A stretch of 64,000 nucleotides of DNA from Candidatus Acidiferrales bacterium. GTDB taxonomy: Bacteria; Acidobacteriota; Terriglobia; Acidiferrales; UBA7541. The translations under genes were made by a program, and so were the position numbers. The stretch spans positions 3,469-67,468 of the forward strand of contig JASHRC010000067.1 of NCBI GenBank assembly GCA_030037525.1. The letters run 5' to 3'. The notes under the pieces are model-generated. The model was not told the DNA's origin, ran no database searches, and saw nothing but the letters and a program-made list of their open reading frames with translations. Shown here in pieces: positions 1-9,903 of the stretch (the stretch's first letter is position 1; each line of letters opens with the position of its first letter).

Positions 1-52
1 GATTTGCGAGAACGGCCAGAATAATGTGAAGGGTAGATTTCAGGAGCTCGTC

Positions 53-475
53 ATGGCGCTGCGGCACGTGATCTTTCTAGGTGTGCTGTGGATCTTGATC
101 GCCTCGGTCACCGTCACGGGTCGGGCGGTCAACGAAGGGCAACTTCCCTCGAACTTCATGCTGACGGGCGAGCAGATGTACAAGGAATACTGTGCTGCTT
201 GCCATGGGAAGGATGGCAAGGGCCACGGCCCGCTGGCGGTGGTGCTGAAGACTCCTCCCGCAGACTTGACGACACTCGCAAAGCGCCACGACGGCAAATT
301 CCCCTATGACTATGTGGGTAGTGTGCTCGAATTCGGGCCGGGGTTCCCCGCTCACGGTTCGTCGGATATGCCCACCTGGGGACCGCTGTTCCGTTACTAC
401 GACAAGCGAAACGAACGAATCGTGAAACAGCGTATTCGCGTCCTCTCGGACTACCTAGCCTCGCTGCAAGAGTGA
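53..475 (+). CDS. monohaem c-type cytochrome, exported or membrane-anchored
   Basis: Has a CxxCH haem motif (YKEYCAACHGKDGKGHG) and a distal Met candidate (SDMPTWGP). N-terminal hydrophobic segment ALRHVIFLGVLWILIASV. AGGAG lies about 6 nt before ATG 53. The ORF is open from 26. Confidence 0.8.
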   Translation: MALRHVIFLGVLWILIASVTVTGRAVNEGQLPSNFMLTGEQMYKEYCAACHGKDGKGHGPLAVVLKTPPADLTTLAKRHDGKFPYDYVGSVLEFGPGFPAHGSSDMPTWGPLFRYYDKRNERIVKQRIRVLSDYLASLQE

Positions 476-598
476 TCGGTGGATTTAGACCCGCGGCGAT
501 CGCCAGCCGGTGGCTCGGTAGCTCTGGGCCGCTTGACAACCTACAAACCCCTTACTAGCATAGGTTTCCGGCCTGATGGGGAGTCGTCGGAGGGCGCT

Positions 599-886
599 GT
601 GATCAAGTTGGATATCGTGAACGCCATCGTACAGAAAACCAGCATTACGCGAACCAAGGCGGAGCAGGCGGTCGAAACCGTATTCGAGGCCATGAAGAAT
701 GCGCTCGGCGGCGGACGCCGCATCGAATTGCGCCGGTTTGGCGTTTTTAATGTGAAACCACGCAAAACCGGCATTGGACGGAATCCTCGCACGGGGCAGC
801 AGGTGAACATCCCCCCGGGCAAAGCAGTGCGCTTCAAGCCCGGTAAGGAACTTCAGGCACTTCCCGCTCCCACGGCCAACGAGTAG
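599..886 (+). CDS. HU/IHF-family DNA-binding protein
   Basis: Typical HU/IHF sequence: KTSITRTKAEQAVETVFEAMKNAL...IELRRFGVFNVKPRKTGIGRNPRTGQQVNIPPGKAVRFKPGKEL. GGAGGG lies 4-5 nt upstream of in-frame GTG 599. The track ORF opens at 479, but that extension has no HU-like sequence. Confidence 0.85.
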   Translation: MIKLDIVNAIVQKTSITRTKAEQAVETVFEAMKNALGGGRRIELRRFGVFNVKPRKTGIGRNPRTGQQVNIPPGKAVRFKPGKELQALPAPTANE

Positions 887-982
887 GACTCCAATTTCCC
901 CGCGCACCGGTTGACCGAACCGGTGCGTTGGCAACCGTCAACGCATCCAACTCGTGATGATGAACCCAGCGAGGCCGGACGC

Positions 983-1981
983 ATGAGCAGCGGGAACGGC
1001 CAGGGGCGGATCCCTGTCGAGATCCTGGAACGAAGTTTCCCTCCGCTTCCAGAGTTCCCATCGGCTCGGCGTGAGCGCCGTCCGCTGTGGCCTGCGCTGA
1101 TTCTGTTTCTCCTCACCGTAGTTTCCACCCTCGCGGTGGGGTCGGAATTTGCGCTTTCCTATGCCGAGAATCGCGAGCCATTCTCAGGGGACCAGAATCC
1201 GCTCCTGATGATGGCGCTGCCGTTTGAACATCCGTCACTGCTCGCGTTGGGGGTTCCTTTTTCGTTCACGCTGATGGCGATTTTGTTGGCGCACGAACTG
1301 GGACATTACTTTGCGGGAAAAGCCTACGGAATTGACGTGAGCTATCCGTATTTCATTCCCGCGCCGAATTTATTCGGAACGTTTGGCGCATTCATCCGCA
1401 TCCGATCGCCGATTACGACCCGGCGAGCGCTGTTTGACGTGGGGCTCGCTGGACCGGTGGTGGGATTTTTGGTTGCGCTGCCGGCGATGGCCTACGGCAT
1501 GGCCACGTCGAAGATTGTGATAGGCGCGGAGGACCGCGCCGAACTGGTCTTCGGCCATCCCCTGCTCGAGCGGTTTTTCGCCTGGGTGTTTCACCCCAAC
1601 GTAAATGTCAGCTGGGTGCTGCTGAATCCGGTGGCGCACGCAGCGTGGGTGGGGCTTTTTGTGACCGCGTTGAACCTGCTGCCGGTGTGGCAGCTCGATG
1701 GCGGGCACGTGATGTTCAGCCTGATAAGCGAGTGGCACCGAAAAATCTCGGTTGCGGTTTCGCTGCTGCTGTTGGCGATGGGCTGGCTCGCGACGAGAGG
1801 CAGCTCGGGCGCGTTTTCCATTTGGTACGCTTGGGGAACCATCCTGCTGATTCTGAGCCTGCGGTTCCGGCACCCGCCGCTTTACGACCGTTGGCAGCCG
1901 CTCGATGGCGCGCGCATCGGGTGGGCCGTCGTTGGACTCGTGATTTTCGCCTCCTGCTTCACTCCCTGGCCGGTCCAGTAG
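983..1981 (+). CDS. site-2 protease (M50) family zinc metalloprotease, polytopic membrane protein
   Basis: Has HELGH (LAHELGHYFAGKAYG) plus a second motif NLLPVWQLDGGH, and several hydrophobic helices. ATG at 983. The ORF is open from 911. Confidence 0.8.
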   Translation: MSSGNGQGRIPVEILERSFPPLPEFPSARRERRPLWPALILFLLTVVSTLAVGSEFALSYAENREPFSGDQNPLLMMALPFEHPSLLALGVPFSFTLMAILLAHELGHYFAGKAYGIDVSYPYFIPAPNLFGTFGAFIRIRSPITTRRALFDVGLAGPVVGFLVALPAMAYGMATSKIVIGAEDRAELVFGHPLLERFFAWVFHPNVNVSWVLLNPVAHAAWVGLFVTALNLLPVWQLDGGHVMFSLISEWHRKISVAVSLLLLAMGWLATRGSSGAFSIWYAWGTILLILSLRFRHPPLYDRWQPLDGARIGWAVVGLVIFASCFTPWPVQ

Positions 1982-1995
1982 CGCGCCAATTCCGT

Positions 1996-4419
1996 TCAGA
2001 CGAGGCTGGCGGGATCGACATCCACGATGACGGCGGTGGCCGGGATTTCCTTCGCCGCCGAGAAGTCCATCGCCGCAGCCAAGGCTTTGCCCAACACCGC
2101 ACGGCGCGGCGCCTTCAGCAGGAACTGAAAACGATATTCGCGGCGCAGGCGTGCGAGCGGCGCAGCCGCAGGGCCCAGCACCTTGAGGCCCTGTTTCTCG
2201 AAGGGCCCGAAACAGGCGGCCAGCGAGCGCGACCAGCGAATCGCATTTTCCACTTGGGGGTCGCACACCAGCACGGTCGCAAGCGCTGCGAAGGGCGGGT
2301 AGTGCAGGGCGCGGCGAAACTGCGCTTCTTTTTCGTAAAAAGAAAGGTAGTCCTGCTGCGCAGCGTATTGGATCGCGTAGTGATCCGGATAATAGGTCTC
2401 GACCAGAACTTCGCCCGCCAATTCGCCCCGTCCTGCGCGCCCGGCCACCTGCGTGAGCAACTGAAAGGTCCGCTCGGCGGCCCGAAAGTCGGGCCGGCCC
2501 AGCGCCAGATCGGCGGAGACAACACCCACCAGAGTGACCCGGCTGAAGTCGTGGCCCTTGGCCACCATCTGCGTGCCCACTAGGATGTCGACTTCTCCTT
2601 TCGAAAACGCCCCCAAAACCTGCTGATAGGCGCGTTTGGTGCGTACCGTGTCGCGATCGAGGCGGGCAACGCGCGCGTGGGGAAACTCACCGCGCAGGTA
2701 CTCGTCAACCCGCTCGGCACCGTCGCCCACAAAGTACATGTAGGGGGCTCGGCATTTCGGACATTGCTTGGGCGGGGGGAGCGCAAAGCCGCAGTAGTGG
2801 CATTCCAGGCGCTGGCGGCTTTTGTGGTAGGTCAGCGCGATGCTGCAGTTTTGGCACTCGACGATGGCGCCGCAGCTGCGGCAGAGCAGTGACCACGAAT
2901 AGCCGCGCCGATTGATGAGCACCATCGCTTGGGTACGCTCCTCGAGTCGCAGCGCGATGGCCGCTCGCAACGATTCCGAGATGGGCGCGGTGCGGTGATG
3001 CTGTCGAAACTCTGCGCGCAGATCGATGATGCGAACCTCGGCCAGCGGGCGATTCTGAACGCGTGACCGAAGCGCCAGCAGACGGTATTTGCCCGCGCGC
3101 GCGTTGTGAAAGCTTTCCAGCGAAGGTGTGGCCGAGCCGAGCAGGGCCACGGCTCCTTCCAGGCGAGCGCGATAGACGGCCGTATCGCGCCCGTTGTAGC
3201 GCGGAACTTCCTCCTGCTTGTAGCTGGATTCCTGCTCCTCGTCGACAACGATCAGGCCGAGCTTTTCAAGGGGCGCAAAAACCGCCGAGCGAGTGCCGAC
3301 CACAATCGAGGCTTCGCCCCGACGCACACGCCACCACCCACGAGCGCGTTCGACATCCGCAAGCCCGCTGTGGAGAACAGCGACGCGGTCGCCAAAGCGC
3401 GCACGCACGAGCCGGCCAACCCACAACGTAAGCGCGATTTCGGGGACGAGAACGATGGCCGTACGGCCGCGGGAAACAGCCATTTCGATCGCTCCCAGAT
3501 AGACCTCCGTCTTGCCGCTGCCGGTGACCCCGTGCAGGAGCGCCGTCGAAAATCCGCCGGCCACCATTCGGCACCCGATGTCTTCGAGCGCAGCCTTTTG
3601 CTCGGCATTCAAGACGTTTGCGGGCGGGACGAAATCGATCTCCCAAGGATCGGCGCCGGGCGTGATCGGCTCTTCCCAGATCTGGAGCAGGCCTGCTTTT
3701 TCCAGGCGGTGAATGGCGGAGCGAGAGACCTGTACGTCGTCAAGAAGGACCGGGAGCGGCAAAGGGCCACGTTCGGCAGTGAGGGCTTCGCGGATCCTGC
3801 CCTCCGCTTCGCCCCTGGCTGATTCGAAGGCATCACCGCGCCAGGCCACAATTTTTTGGGTGCGGGTCTTGCGAAAGTGCAGAGCCTCCGACACGACAAG
3901 ATAGCCGCGGCGAACCAATTTCTCCGCAAGCGCCTCCCCTCCGGGTCGACGGCGGAGGCGTGCGGAGGTTGATGACCCCTTCCGATCGAAGTATTTCAGC
4001 AGAGCGAACTCCGCCGATTCTGCTCCGGCGATTTCGGCGAGTTCGCGGAAATCTTCGCGGCCGGAATCGGTGAGGGTATACGTGCGGTCCTCGCGAAGCT
4101 CGATTTCCGGTGGGAGCATCGCACGGAACGTTTCGCCGATGGGCGCCAGGTAATAGCGGCTGATCCACTGGCCCAGCTCGAGGAGCTGCGGCGGGAGCGC
4201 CGGAAGCCGGTCCAGCACCTCCCGGAGCGGTTTGACTCCCTGGACTTCCGGAGCGTGATCCGACTCGGCCAGGACAATTCCAACCATCGCTCGCCGGCCG
4301 AACGGAACGACGACGCGGCGGCCGACGAGCGGTTCGCCGCCCCGTGGTTCCGGAACAGCGTAGCTGAAGGTCGAGCGCAGCGGCACTGGAAGGGCGACTT
4401 CGCAATAGCGCAGGGACAT
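1996..4419 (-). CDS. priA: primosomal protein N' (replication restart helicase PriA)
   Basis: Walker A GVTGSGKTEVY, DEEQ box, and a Cys-rich zinc module CRSCGAIVECQNCSIALTYHKSRQRLECHYCG...CPKC. Length of 807 aa fits PriA. Confidence 0.95.
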   Translation of the reverse strand: MSLRYCEVALPVPLRSTFSYAVPEPRGGEPLVGRRVVVPFGRRAMVGIVLAESDHAPEVQGVKPLREVLDRLPALPPQLLELGQWISRYYLAPIGETFRAMLPPEIELREDRTYTLTDSGREDFRELAEIAGAESAEFALLKYFDRKGSSTSARLRRRPGGEALAEKLVRRGYLVVSEALHFRKTRTQKIVAWRGDAFESARGEAEGRIREALTAERGPLPLPVLLDDVQVSRSAIHRLEKAGLLQIWEEPITPGADPWEIDFVPPANVLNAEQKAALEDIGCRMVAGGFSTALLHGVTGSGKTEVYLGAIEMAVSRGRTAIVLVPEIALTLWVGRLVRARFGDRVAVLHSGLADVERARGWWRVRRGEASIVVGTRSAVFAPLEKLGLIVVDEEQESSYKQEEVPRYNGRDTAVYRARLEGAVALLGSATPSLESFHNARAGKYRLLALRSRVQNRPLAEVRIIDLRAEFRQHHRTAPISESLRAAIALRLEERTQAMVLINRRGYSWSLLCRSCGAIVECQNCSIALTYHKSRQRLECHYCGFALPPPKQCPKCRAPYMYFVGDGAERVDEYLRGEFPHARVARLDRDTVRTKRAYQQVLGAFSKGEVDILVGTQMVAKGHDFSRVTLVGVVSADLALGRPDFRAAERTFQLLTQVAGRAGRGELAGEVLVETYYPDHYAIQYAAQQDYLSFYEKEAQFRRALHYPPFAALATVLVCDPQVENAIRWSRSLAACFGPFEKQGLKVLGPAAAPLARLRREYRFQFLLKAPRRAVLGKALAAAMDFSAAKEIPATAVIVDVDPASLV

Positions 4420-4590
4420 GTGCGCCCTAGTGTAGCAGCCCGAAGCGCGGCCCTCTCTCCAGAAACTCCGCGCCGGTCCTTGTGTTCGGCGGCCGGAATC
4501 ACATCGATGCCGTCAATTTTGGTCAGATCTGTTACAAGTTTTGCCAGAGGCAGATAGCCGCCTGCGATCAGCAGCTCGAGCCAAATCTCG

Positions 4591-5466
4591 CTAGCGGCGC
4601 CTGGGAGGCTCCAGGCCCAGCAGAGCCATGATTTTTTGCAGGTCCTTCCAGACTTCGCCCTTCGCGGCAGGATTGCGAAGCAGATAGGCGGGATGGTAGG
4701 TGGCGATCAGTTTCGCGCCGCGATAATCGAACCATTCACCCCGATAACGCGAAATGCCCTGGCTTGTATTGAGCAGAGTCTGCGCGGCGCAGGCGCCCAG
4801 GCAACAGACGGCCTTCGGTTGGATCACCTCGAGCTGGCGAATTAAGTAGGGCGAGCAGGTGGCGATTTCGTCTTTCTCGGGCAGCCGATTCTCCGGCGGC
4901 CGGCACTTCACCACGTTGCAGATGTAAACATCGGAGCGGCGGAGACCCATCGCCTCGATCATTTGGGTGAGCAGTCGCCCCGCGCGGCCGACGAACGGCT
5001 CGCCTTGAACATCTTCATCGTGCCCAGGTCCTTCGCCAACGAACACCAACTGCGCTTTGGGATTGCCGACGCCGAAGACGATATGGGTGCGCGCCTTGTG
5101 CAGTTTGCAGCGAGTGCAGTGGGGGCCAATGTCGGTGTGGATGCGCTCGAGGCTGTCGTCCTCGATCCGCTCCTCGAAAAGAGATATGCCCACCGGTTGC
5201 GGCATCCGCCCGGCGGTGTTGATAGCGCTGACAGGCAGGGGCGAAGCCGGACCTATTCCCCCGGGAACCGGCGGGGTGCCGGGAACAGCCGCTGCCACGG
5301 CGATCGGAGTCTCGATCGGTCGAGCCGCCGTTCTGGAATTCATGGGGGCACCGATTTCCGCTGCTCGCGGCGCGCGCCCGAGATGGAACGGGCCGAGGCC
5401 GAGCTCATCGGCGTAGCGCAGCCATCCTGCTGCTCTTTCTCGCACCTCTGGATCCTCCCGACTCAC
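4591..5466 (-). CDS. uracil-DNA glycosylase, family 4
   Basis: Motifs CTRCKLHKARTHIVFGVGNP, FVGEGPGHDEDVQGEPFVGRAGRLL and HPAYLLRNP. The GTG start overlaps the stop of the upstream gene (GTGA). The roughly 90-aa Pro/Ala-rich N-terminal extension is uncertain; an alternative ATG lies at 5205. Confidence 0.85.
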   Translation of the reverse strand: MSREDPEVRERAAGWLRYADELGLGPFHLGRAPRAAEIGAPMNSRTAARPIETPIAVAAAVPGTPPVPGGIGPASPLPVSAINTAGRMPQPVGISLFEERIEDDSLERIHTDIGPHCTRCKLHKARTHIVFGVGNPKAQLVFVGEGPGHDEDVQGEPFVGRAGRLLTQMIEAMGLRRSDVYICNVVKCRPPENRLPEKDEIATCSPYLIRQLEVIQPKAVCCLGACAAQTLLNTSQGISRYRGEWFDYRGAKLIATYHPAYLLRNPAAKGEVWKDLQKIMALLGLEPPRRR

Positions 5467-6794
5467 ATCTTCGGCTTGACCAACGCCTGATACACGGCTG
5501 GCCGGCTGATCTGTTCGACGTTGGGCTGGTTCGGGCCGATCAGGTGCTGGGTCATGCCCACGAAGACAATGTCGTAGCTTGGATCGATCCAGAACCAGGT
5601 ATCTGCGGCACCCAGCCAGAAAAAGGTGCCTTTGCCCACGATTTCGTCGGCGGCAGCAGGATCGCTGAAGACGGCACAGTCGTAGCCCCAGCCCAGGCCG
5701 GGGCGAATCGTTTCAGGGCCGATGGAGAATTCGCCCGTCATCAGGCTGGGCGCGAGGTGATTTGACGACATCAGCTCGACGGTGGCGGGACCGAGGATGC
5801 GAACGCCGTCGAGTTCGCCGCCGTCCAAGAGCATCTGCGCAAAGCGCATGTAATCATAGGCGGTCGAGACCATGCCGCCTCCGCCGGAAGGCATCGTGGG
5901 CTGCGAGCTGTAATCACCCAGGCCCAAATTGGACGCCGCCGTGATGGGCACCAGCGCCCCAGGTGAGTCTTCGCCATAGAGCGTGGCGAAACGATTCCGT
6001 TTCTCCTTGGGAACGTAGAAGCCGCTATCCTTCATCTGGAGCGGCGCGAAGATATGGTCGTGCATGAAATCGGGGAGCGATTGGCCCGATAGTTTTTCGA
6101 CCAGGTAGCCCTGAATGTCCATCGAGACGCTGTAGACCCATTTCGTACCGGGCTGGTAAAGCAGCGGGATGCCCGCGAGCTTGTCGATCATCTCCTGAAG
6201 GTTTCTCGACGCCAGCACGCCCTGAGACCGATAGGCCTGATCCACCGGGCCATTGCCGAACGAGCCGTAGGTGAACCCGGCAGTGTGCGTCATCAGCTCG
6301 TGCATGGTCGGAGGATGGACGGGATCTTCGAGCAGCCATTTGCCGTTTCCGTCGACACCCTTGAAAACCTTGAGGTGCGCAAATTCGGGGATGTACTTCG
6401 AGATGGGGTCCTGGGGATTCCATCGGCCCTGTTCGTAGAGAATCATCATGGCCACGCCGGTAACCACCTTGGTCATCGAGAAGATGCGAAAAATCGTGTC
6501 GGTGGTCATGGGCGCGGAGCTGGCGAGGTCCTTCTTGCCGTACGCTTTGAAATCGATCAGTTTGCCGTGGCGCGCGAGGAGCGTGACGGCCCCTGCCATG
6601 GTTCGCTTGTTGTCGATTTCCCGCTGGATGGCCGTGTGGAGACGCTCTAGGCGCTCGGAGGAGAAACCCACCGATTCGGGTTTCACCACGGTGGAGTTCG
6701 CCGCCCGCTGCTGGGCGCGCGGGCAGGTTCCGACCAAAGCCACCAGAACCAGTCCACAGGCAATTCGCGCCTGCCAGAGCTGCGCTTGTCTCAT
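5463..6794 (-). CDS. serine hydrolase, class C beta-lactamase/penicillin-binding-protein-like family, secreted
   Basis: SxxK nucleophile motif in FRIFSMTKVVTG. Signal-like N-terminus ARIACGLVLVALVGTCPRAQQ. Overall beta-lactamase-family pattern (YSVSMD..., GGGGMVSTAYDYMRFAQMLL). Confidence 0.8.
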   Translation of the reverse strand: MRQAQLWQARIACGLVLVALVGTCPRAQQRAANSTVVKPESVGFSSERLERLHTAIQREIDNKRTMAGAVTLLARHGKLIDFKAYGKKDLASSAPMTTDTIFRIFSMTKVVTGVAMMILYEQGRWNPQDPISKYIPEFAHLKVFKGVDGNGKWLLEDPVHPPTMHELMTHTAGFTYGSFGNGPVDQAYRSQGVLASRNLQEMIDKLAGIPLLYQPGTKWVYSVSMDIQGYLVEKLSGQSLPDFMHDHIFAPLQMKDSGFYVPKEKRNRFATLYGEDSPGALVPITAASNLGLGDYSSQPTMPSGGGGMVSTAYDYMRFAQMLLDGGELDGVRILGPATVELMSSNHLAPSLMTGEFSIGPETIRPGLGWGYDCAVFSDPAAADEIVGKGTFFWLGAADTWFWIDPSYDIVFVGMTQHLIGPNQPNVEQISRPAVYQALVKPKM

Positions 6795-6885
6795 TCCCTT
6801 TCTCCGATCCGCGAGCGAGTCGGTGCGGATTTTCGAAGTTTGTAGCTTACTGGCGCGAAGGTGTCAATGCGCGCGAGTTCGGGGA

Positions 6886-8082
6886 TTACGCGAGCGCGAG
6901 GATTTGGTCGAGGATGCGGTTGGCAACTTCGAATTTGCTGAGCCTGGGCAGGGGAATCTCGCGACCGTCGCGAAGGAACAGCGTGACGATGTTCGTGTCA
7001 CTATCGAATCCCGCGCCTGGCTGGGTGAGGTCATTGGCGACGATCATGTCCGCGTGTTTGCGCGCAAGCTTGCCGCGGGCATTTTCTCGCACGTGCTCGG
7101 TCTCTGCAGCGAAGCCGACCAGCAGGCGAGACCCCTTCTCGCGGCCTAATTCGGCGAGTATGTCCGGCGTAGGCTCCAGCTCCAGCACCAGGCGGCCGCC
7201 GCCACGCTTCATCTTTTGCGCCTGAGGCGCGGCGGGGCGATAGTCCGAGACGGCGGCAGCCATAATGACGATCTTTCGATCCGAGGCTCGCTCGCGAACC
7301 GCATGGCGCATTTCCTCGGTGGTACGGACGGGCACCCAGTCGGCCCCTTCCGGCACCGGCAAATCGGTCGGCCCGCTGATCAAAACGACATGTGCGCCGC
7401 GACGAATGGCGGCTTCCGCCAAAGCGTAGCCCATCTTGCCCGAAGAGCGATTGGTCAGAAAACGAACTGGGTCGACATCTTCGCGCGTCGGACCCGCCGT
7501 GACCAGGATGGTCTGGCCGTCCAGATCGTGCCGCAACCCCAGCACAGCCGAGACTCTCTGGACGATCGCTTCGGTAGAGGCGAGGCGGCCCGCGCCGGTC
7601 ATGCCGCAGGCCAGATAGCCTTCGTCTGGCTCGACCACCTGGACGCCGCGCGCCCGAAGCCGTTCGAGGTTTTCTCGGGTCGCAGGATGCTCCCACATGT
7701 TGACGTTCATGGCGGGCGCGACCACCACGGGAGCCTTGGTCGCCAGATACAGGGTGGTGAGAAAATCGTCGGCGATCCCGCTTGCGAAGTGGGCCAGGAT
7801 GTCGGCCGTCGCAGGCGCCACGAGAAGCAGATCGATTCGCCCGGCGACGGCGATGTGCTCGATGGCGCTTTCCACATTGGCAGGCGCCGCGTCGAGCGAG
7901 CCGAACATTTCGGTGATGACTTTGTTTCCGGTGAGCGCCGCGAAGGTGAGCGGCGCGATGAACTCCTGCGCCGAGCGGGTCATCACGACCTGAACATCGA
8001 GCTTTTCCTGCTCGAGACGGCGAACGAGCTCAGCGGCCTTGTAAGCCGCGACCCCGCCCGTAACACCCAGAGCAATTTTCAT
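6886..8082 (-). CDS. coaBC: bifunctional phosphopantothenoylcysteine decarboxylase / phosphopantothenate-cysteine ligase
   Basis: N-terminus MKIALGVTGGVAAYKAAELVRRL (flavoprotein domain), and C-terminal ligase domain ...ITAGPTREDVDPVRFLTNRSSGKMG...AAAVSDY. ATG 8082 verified in sequence. The track ORF extension to 8403 runs through rpoZ and is spurious. Confidence 0.95.
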   Translation of the reverse strand: MKIALGVTGGVAAYKAAELVRRLEQEKLDVQVVMTRSAQEFIAPLTFAALTGNKVITEMFGSLDAAPANVESAIEHIAVAGRIDLLLVAPATADILAHFASGIADDFLTTLYLATKAPVVVAPAMNVNMWEHPATRENLERLRARGVQVVEPDEGYLACGMTGAGRLASTEAIVQRVSAVLGLRHDLDGQTILVTAGPTREDVDPVRFLTNRSSGKMGYALAEAAIRRGAHVVLISGPTDLPVPEGADWVPVRTTEEMRHAVRERASDRKIVIMAAAVSDYRPAAPQAQKMKRGGGRLVLELEPTPDILAELGREKGSRLLVGFAAETEHVRENARGKLARKHADMIVANDLTQPGAGFDSDTNIVTLFLRDGREIPLPRLSKFEVANRILDQILALA

Positions 8083-8093
8083 CGCAACCTCTG

Positions 8094-8318
8094 CTACTTG
8101 CGGCGCTTCCCGTCCGTCTCTTCCGATCCCTCGGTGAGCTCGGGCAGTTCGTATTCCAGTAGCCCTTGCTGCAATTCCTCTTCGGCGATACGCGTGGTTT
8201 TGCGTGCCCTCGGGTTTTCCACCAGCGGCCTGGCGCCCACCATCAACTGCCGGGCGCGGCGCGAAACGACCACGACGTAAGCAAACTGGCTGTCCGGCGC
8301 TTCTTTCAGAACGGGCAT
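8094..8318 (-). CDS. rpoZ: DNA-directed RNA polymerase subunit omega
   Basis: Sequence QFAYVVVVSRRARQLMVGARPLV..., length 74 aa, and position between gmk and coaBC. Confidence 0.85.
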   Translation of the reverse strand: MPVLKEAPDSQFAYVVVVSRRARQLMVGARPLVENPRARKTTRIAEEELQQGLLEYELPELTEGSEETDGKRRK

Positions 8319-8326
8319 AATGAAGA

Positions 8327-8947
8327 TCAGCCTCCAAAAGTCTCGAGAATTTCGTGAATTCGCCTTTCTTCTTGCTCGACGCGGCAGCGGGAGCCGAGTG
8401 CAATGGCCTGCGTTTCGCGGCTGGCGCGCTCCAGATCGTCGTTGATCACGACGAAATCGTACACGCGGTAGTTCAAGATCTCCTGGCGCGCGCGTTCGAG
8501 CCTGCGCTGGATCTCATCCTCGGAATCCTGGCCGCGCTCGCGGATGCGGCGCTCTAAATCCTGGCGCGAAGGCGGCAAGACGAAAACGGCCACCGCGTGC
8601 GGCAGCTTCTTCTTGGCCTGGAGCGCGCCCTGTACGTCGATTTCAAGCACGAGATCTTGCTCCCGCGCGCGCGCCAGCTCGAGCGACTTCAGAGGCGTGC
8701 CGTACCAGTTTTTCTCGAAAACCTGCGCGTATTCGAGGAATTCGCCCTGCGCCACCATCCGCTGAAACTCAGCTTGAGTCACAAAATTGTACCATTTACC
8801 GGCAGCCTCCGTCTTGCGCGGGGGGCGCGTCGTGCACGAAACCGACGGCATGAACCCCGGCAGCTCCAGAATCCTCTCGACCAGAGTCGATTTCCCCGAT
8901 CCAGAAGGCCCGGAAACGATCAGGATCAGTGGTTCTCGGCCGCTCAT
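8327..8947 (-). CDS. gmk: guanylate kinase
   Basis: P-loop LILIVSGPSGSGKSTLV, then CTTRPPRKTE..G..Y.FV. ATGA overlap with the yicC stop. Confidence 0.95.
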   Translation of the reverse strand: MSGREPLILIVSGPSGSGKSTLVERILELPGFMPSVSCTTRPPRKTEAAGKWYNFVTQAEFQRMVAQGEFLEYAQVFEKNWYGTPLKSLELARAREQDLVLEIDVQGALQAKKKLPHAVAVFVLPPSRQDLERRIRERGQDSEDEIQRRLERARQEILNYRVYDFVVINDDLERASRETQAIALGSRCRVEQEERRIHEILETFGG

Positions 8948-9903
8948 TCGATGTTTTGCACCTGTTCGCGAAGTTTCTCGACTTCGGACTTGATCTCCAG
9001 GCCCAAAGTGGTGATTTCGACGCCTTCCGACTCGTGGCCGGGAGTTTTGGAAAGCAGGGTATTGGCTTCGCGCTGCATCTCCTGCAGGAGGAAGTCGAGC
9101 TTCTTGCCAGCGTCGGCCGCTGTGGCCAGAACGGATTCAAACTGGCGAACATGACTGGCCAGACGCGCCAGTTCTTCCGAGATATCGCTGCGTTCGGCGG
9201 CAATGGCGGCTTCCTGCGAGATTCGCATGGGATCCAGCTGCGTTTCGGCAAGCAGCTCCCGCAGGCGCGTTTCCAGGCGCTTTGCGAACGCGGGGCGGGC
9301 GCGCTCGGCAAGCACGCGGACGCTGGCGGCAAGTTCGGTGATGCGGCCGAGACGGCCCAGCAGTTCTTGGCGCAGGGATGCGCCTTCATGCTCGCGCATG
9401 CGGTCGAGTTTGTCCAGCGCCTCGGTGAGGCATAGAATCACGACGCCTTCTGACTTGGCGAGTTCTTCGTCGAGCGAGGCGGCAGGCAACCCGATCACGC
9501 CTGGCAAGCGGAAGATCGAGGCGAGGTCGGGCTCGGCAAGAATGCCGAATTGCTTTCGCAGTCCATTGACCGCTTGCACGTAGGCGGCGGCCACCTGCTC
9601 GTTGATCGCCAGCGCCGCGGGGCCGGCCGGCTCGTAGCGCAGAGTGACGTCCAAGTGGCCGCGGCGAACCCGTTGGCGAATGATGTGCCTCATGCGCGGT
9701 TCGAGAGGCTCAAAACCTTCCGGCACGCGCAAGTGAAGATCCAGAAAGCGATGATTCACGCTGCGCACCGAAACGCGCATGCTGAAACCGTGTTCGACGC
9801 GCTCGGCCTGCGCGTAGCCGGTCATGGATTTCAGGGGTTTTGCCCCCGCTCGGGCGGACTCGGCAGCCGAGGGACTGGGTGGTGCGTCGGAGGTGGTCAT
9901 CAC
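8944..9903 (-). CDS. yicC: YicC-family stress-induced protein
   Basis: SMTGYAQAE...SVRSVNHRFLDLHLRVP near the N-terminus and FLLQEMQREANTLLSKT near the C-terminus. Start is GTG 9903 or ATG 9900, overlapping the stop of the upstream ABC gene. Confidence 0.85.
   Translation of the reverse strand: MMTTSDAPPSPSAAESARAGAKPLKSMTGYAQAERVEHGFSMRVSVRSVNHRFLDLHLRVPEGFEPLEPRMRHIIRQRVRRGHLDVTLRYEPAGPAALAINEQVAAAYVQAVNGLRKQFGILAEPDLASIFRLPGVIGLPAASLDEELAKSEGVVILCLTEALDKLDRMREHEGASLRQELLGRLGRITELAASVRVLAERARPAFAKRLETRLRELLAETQLDPMRISQEAAIAAERSDISEELARLASHVRQFESVLATAADAGKKLDFLLQEMQREANTLLSKTPGHESEGVEITTLGLEIKSEVEKLREQVQNIE

Noticed and set aside
6886-8403. 505-aa version of CoaBC
   Set aside because: The extension runs through rpoZ in another frame. 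The canonical CoaBC N-terminus MKIALGVTGG starts at ATG 8082.
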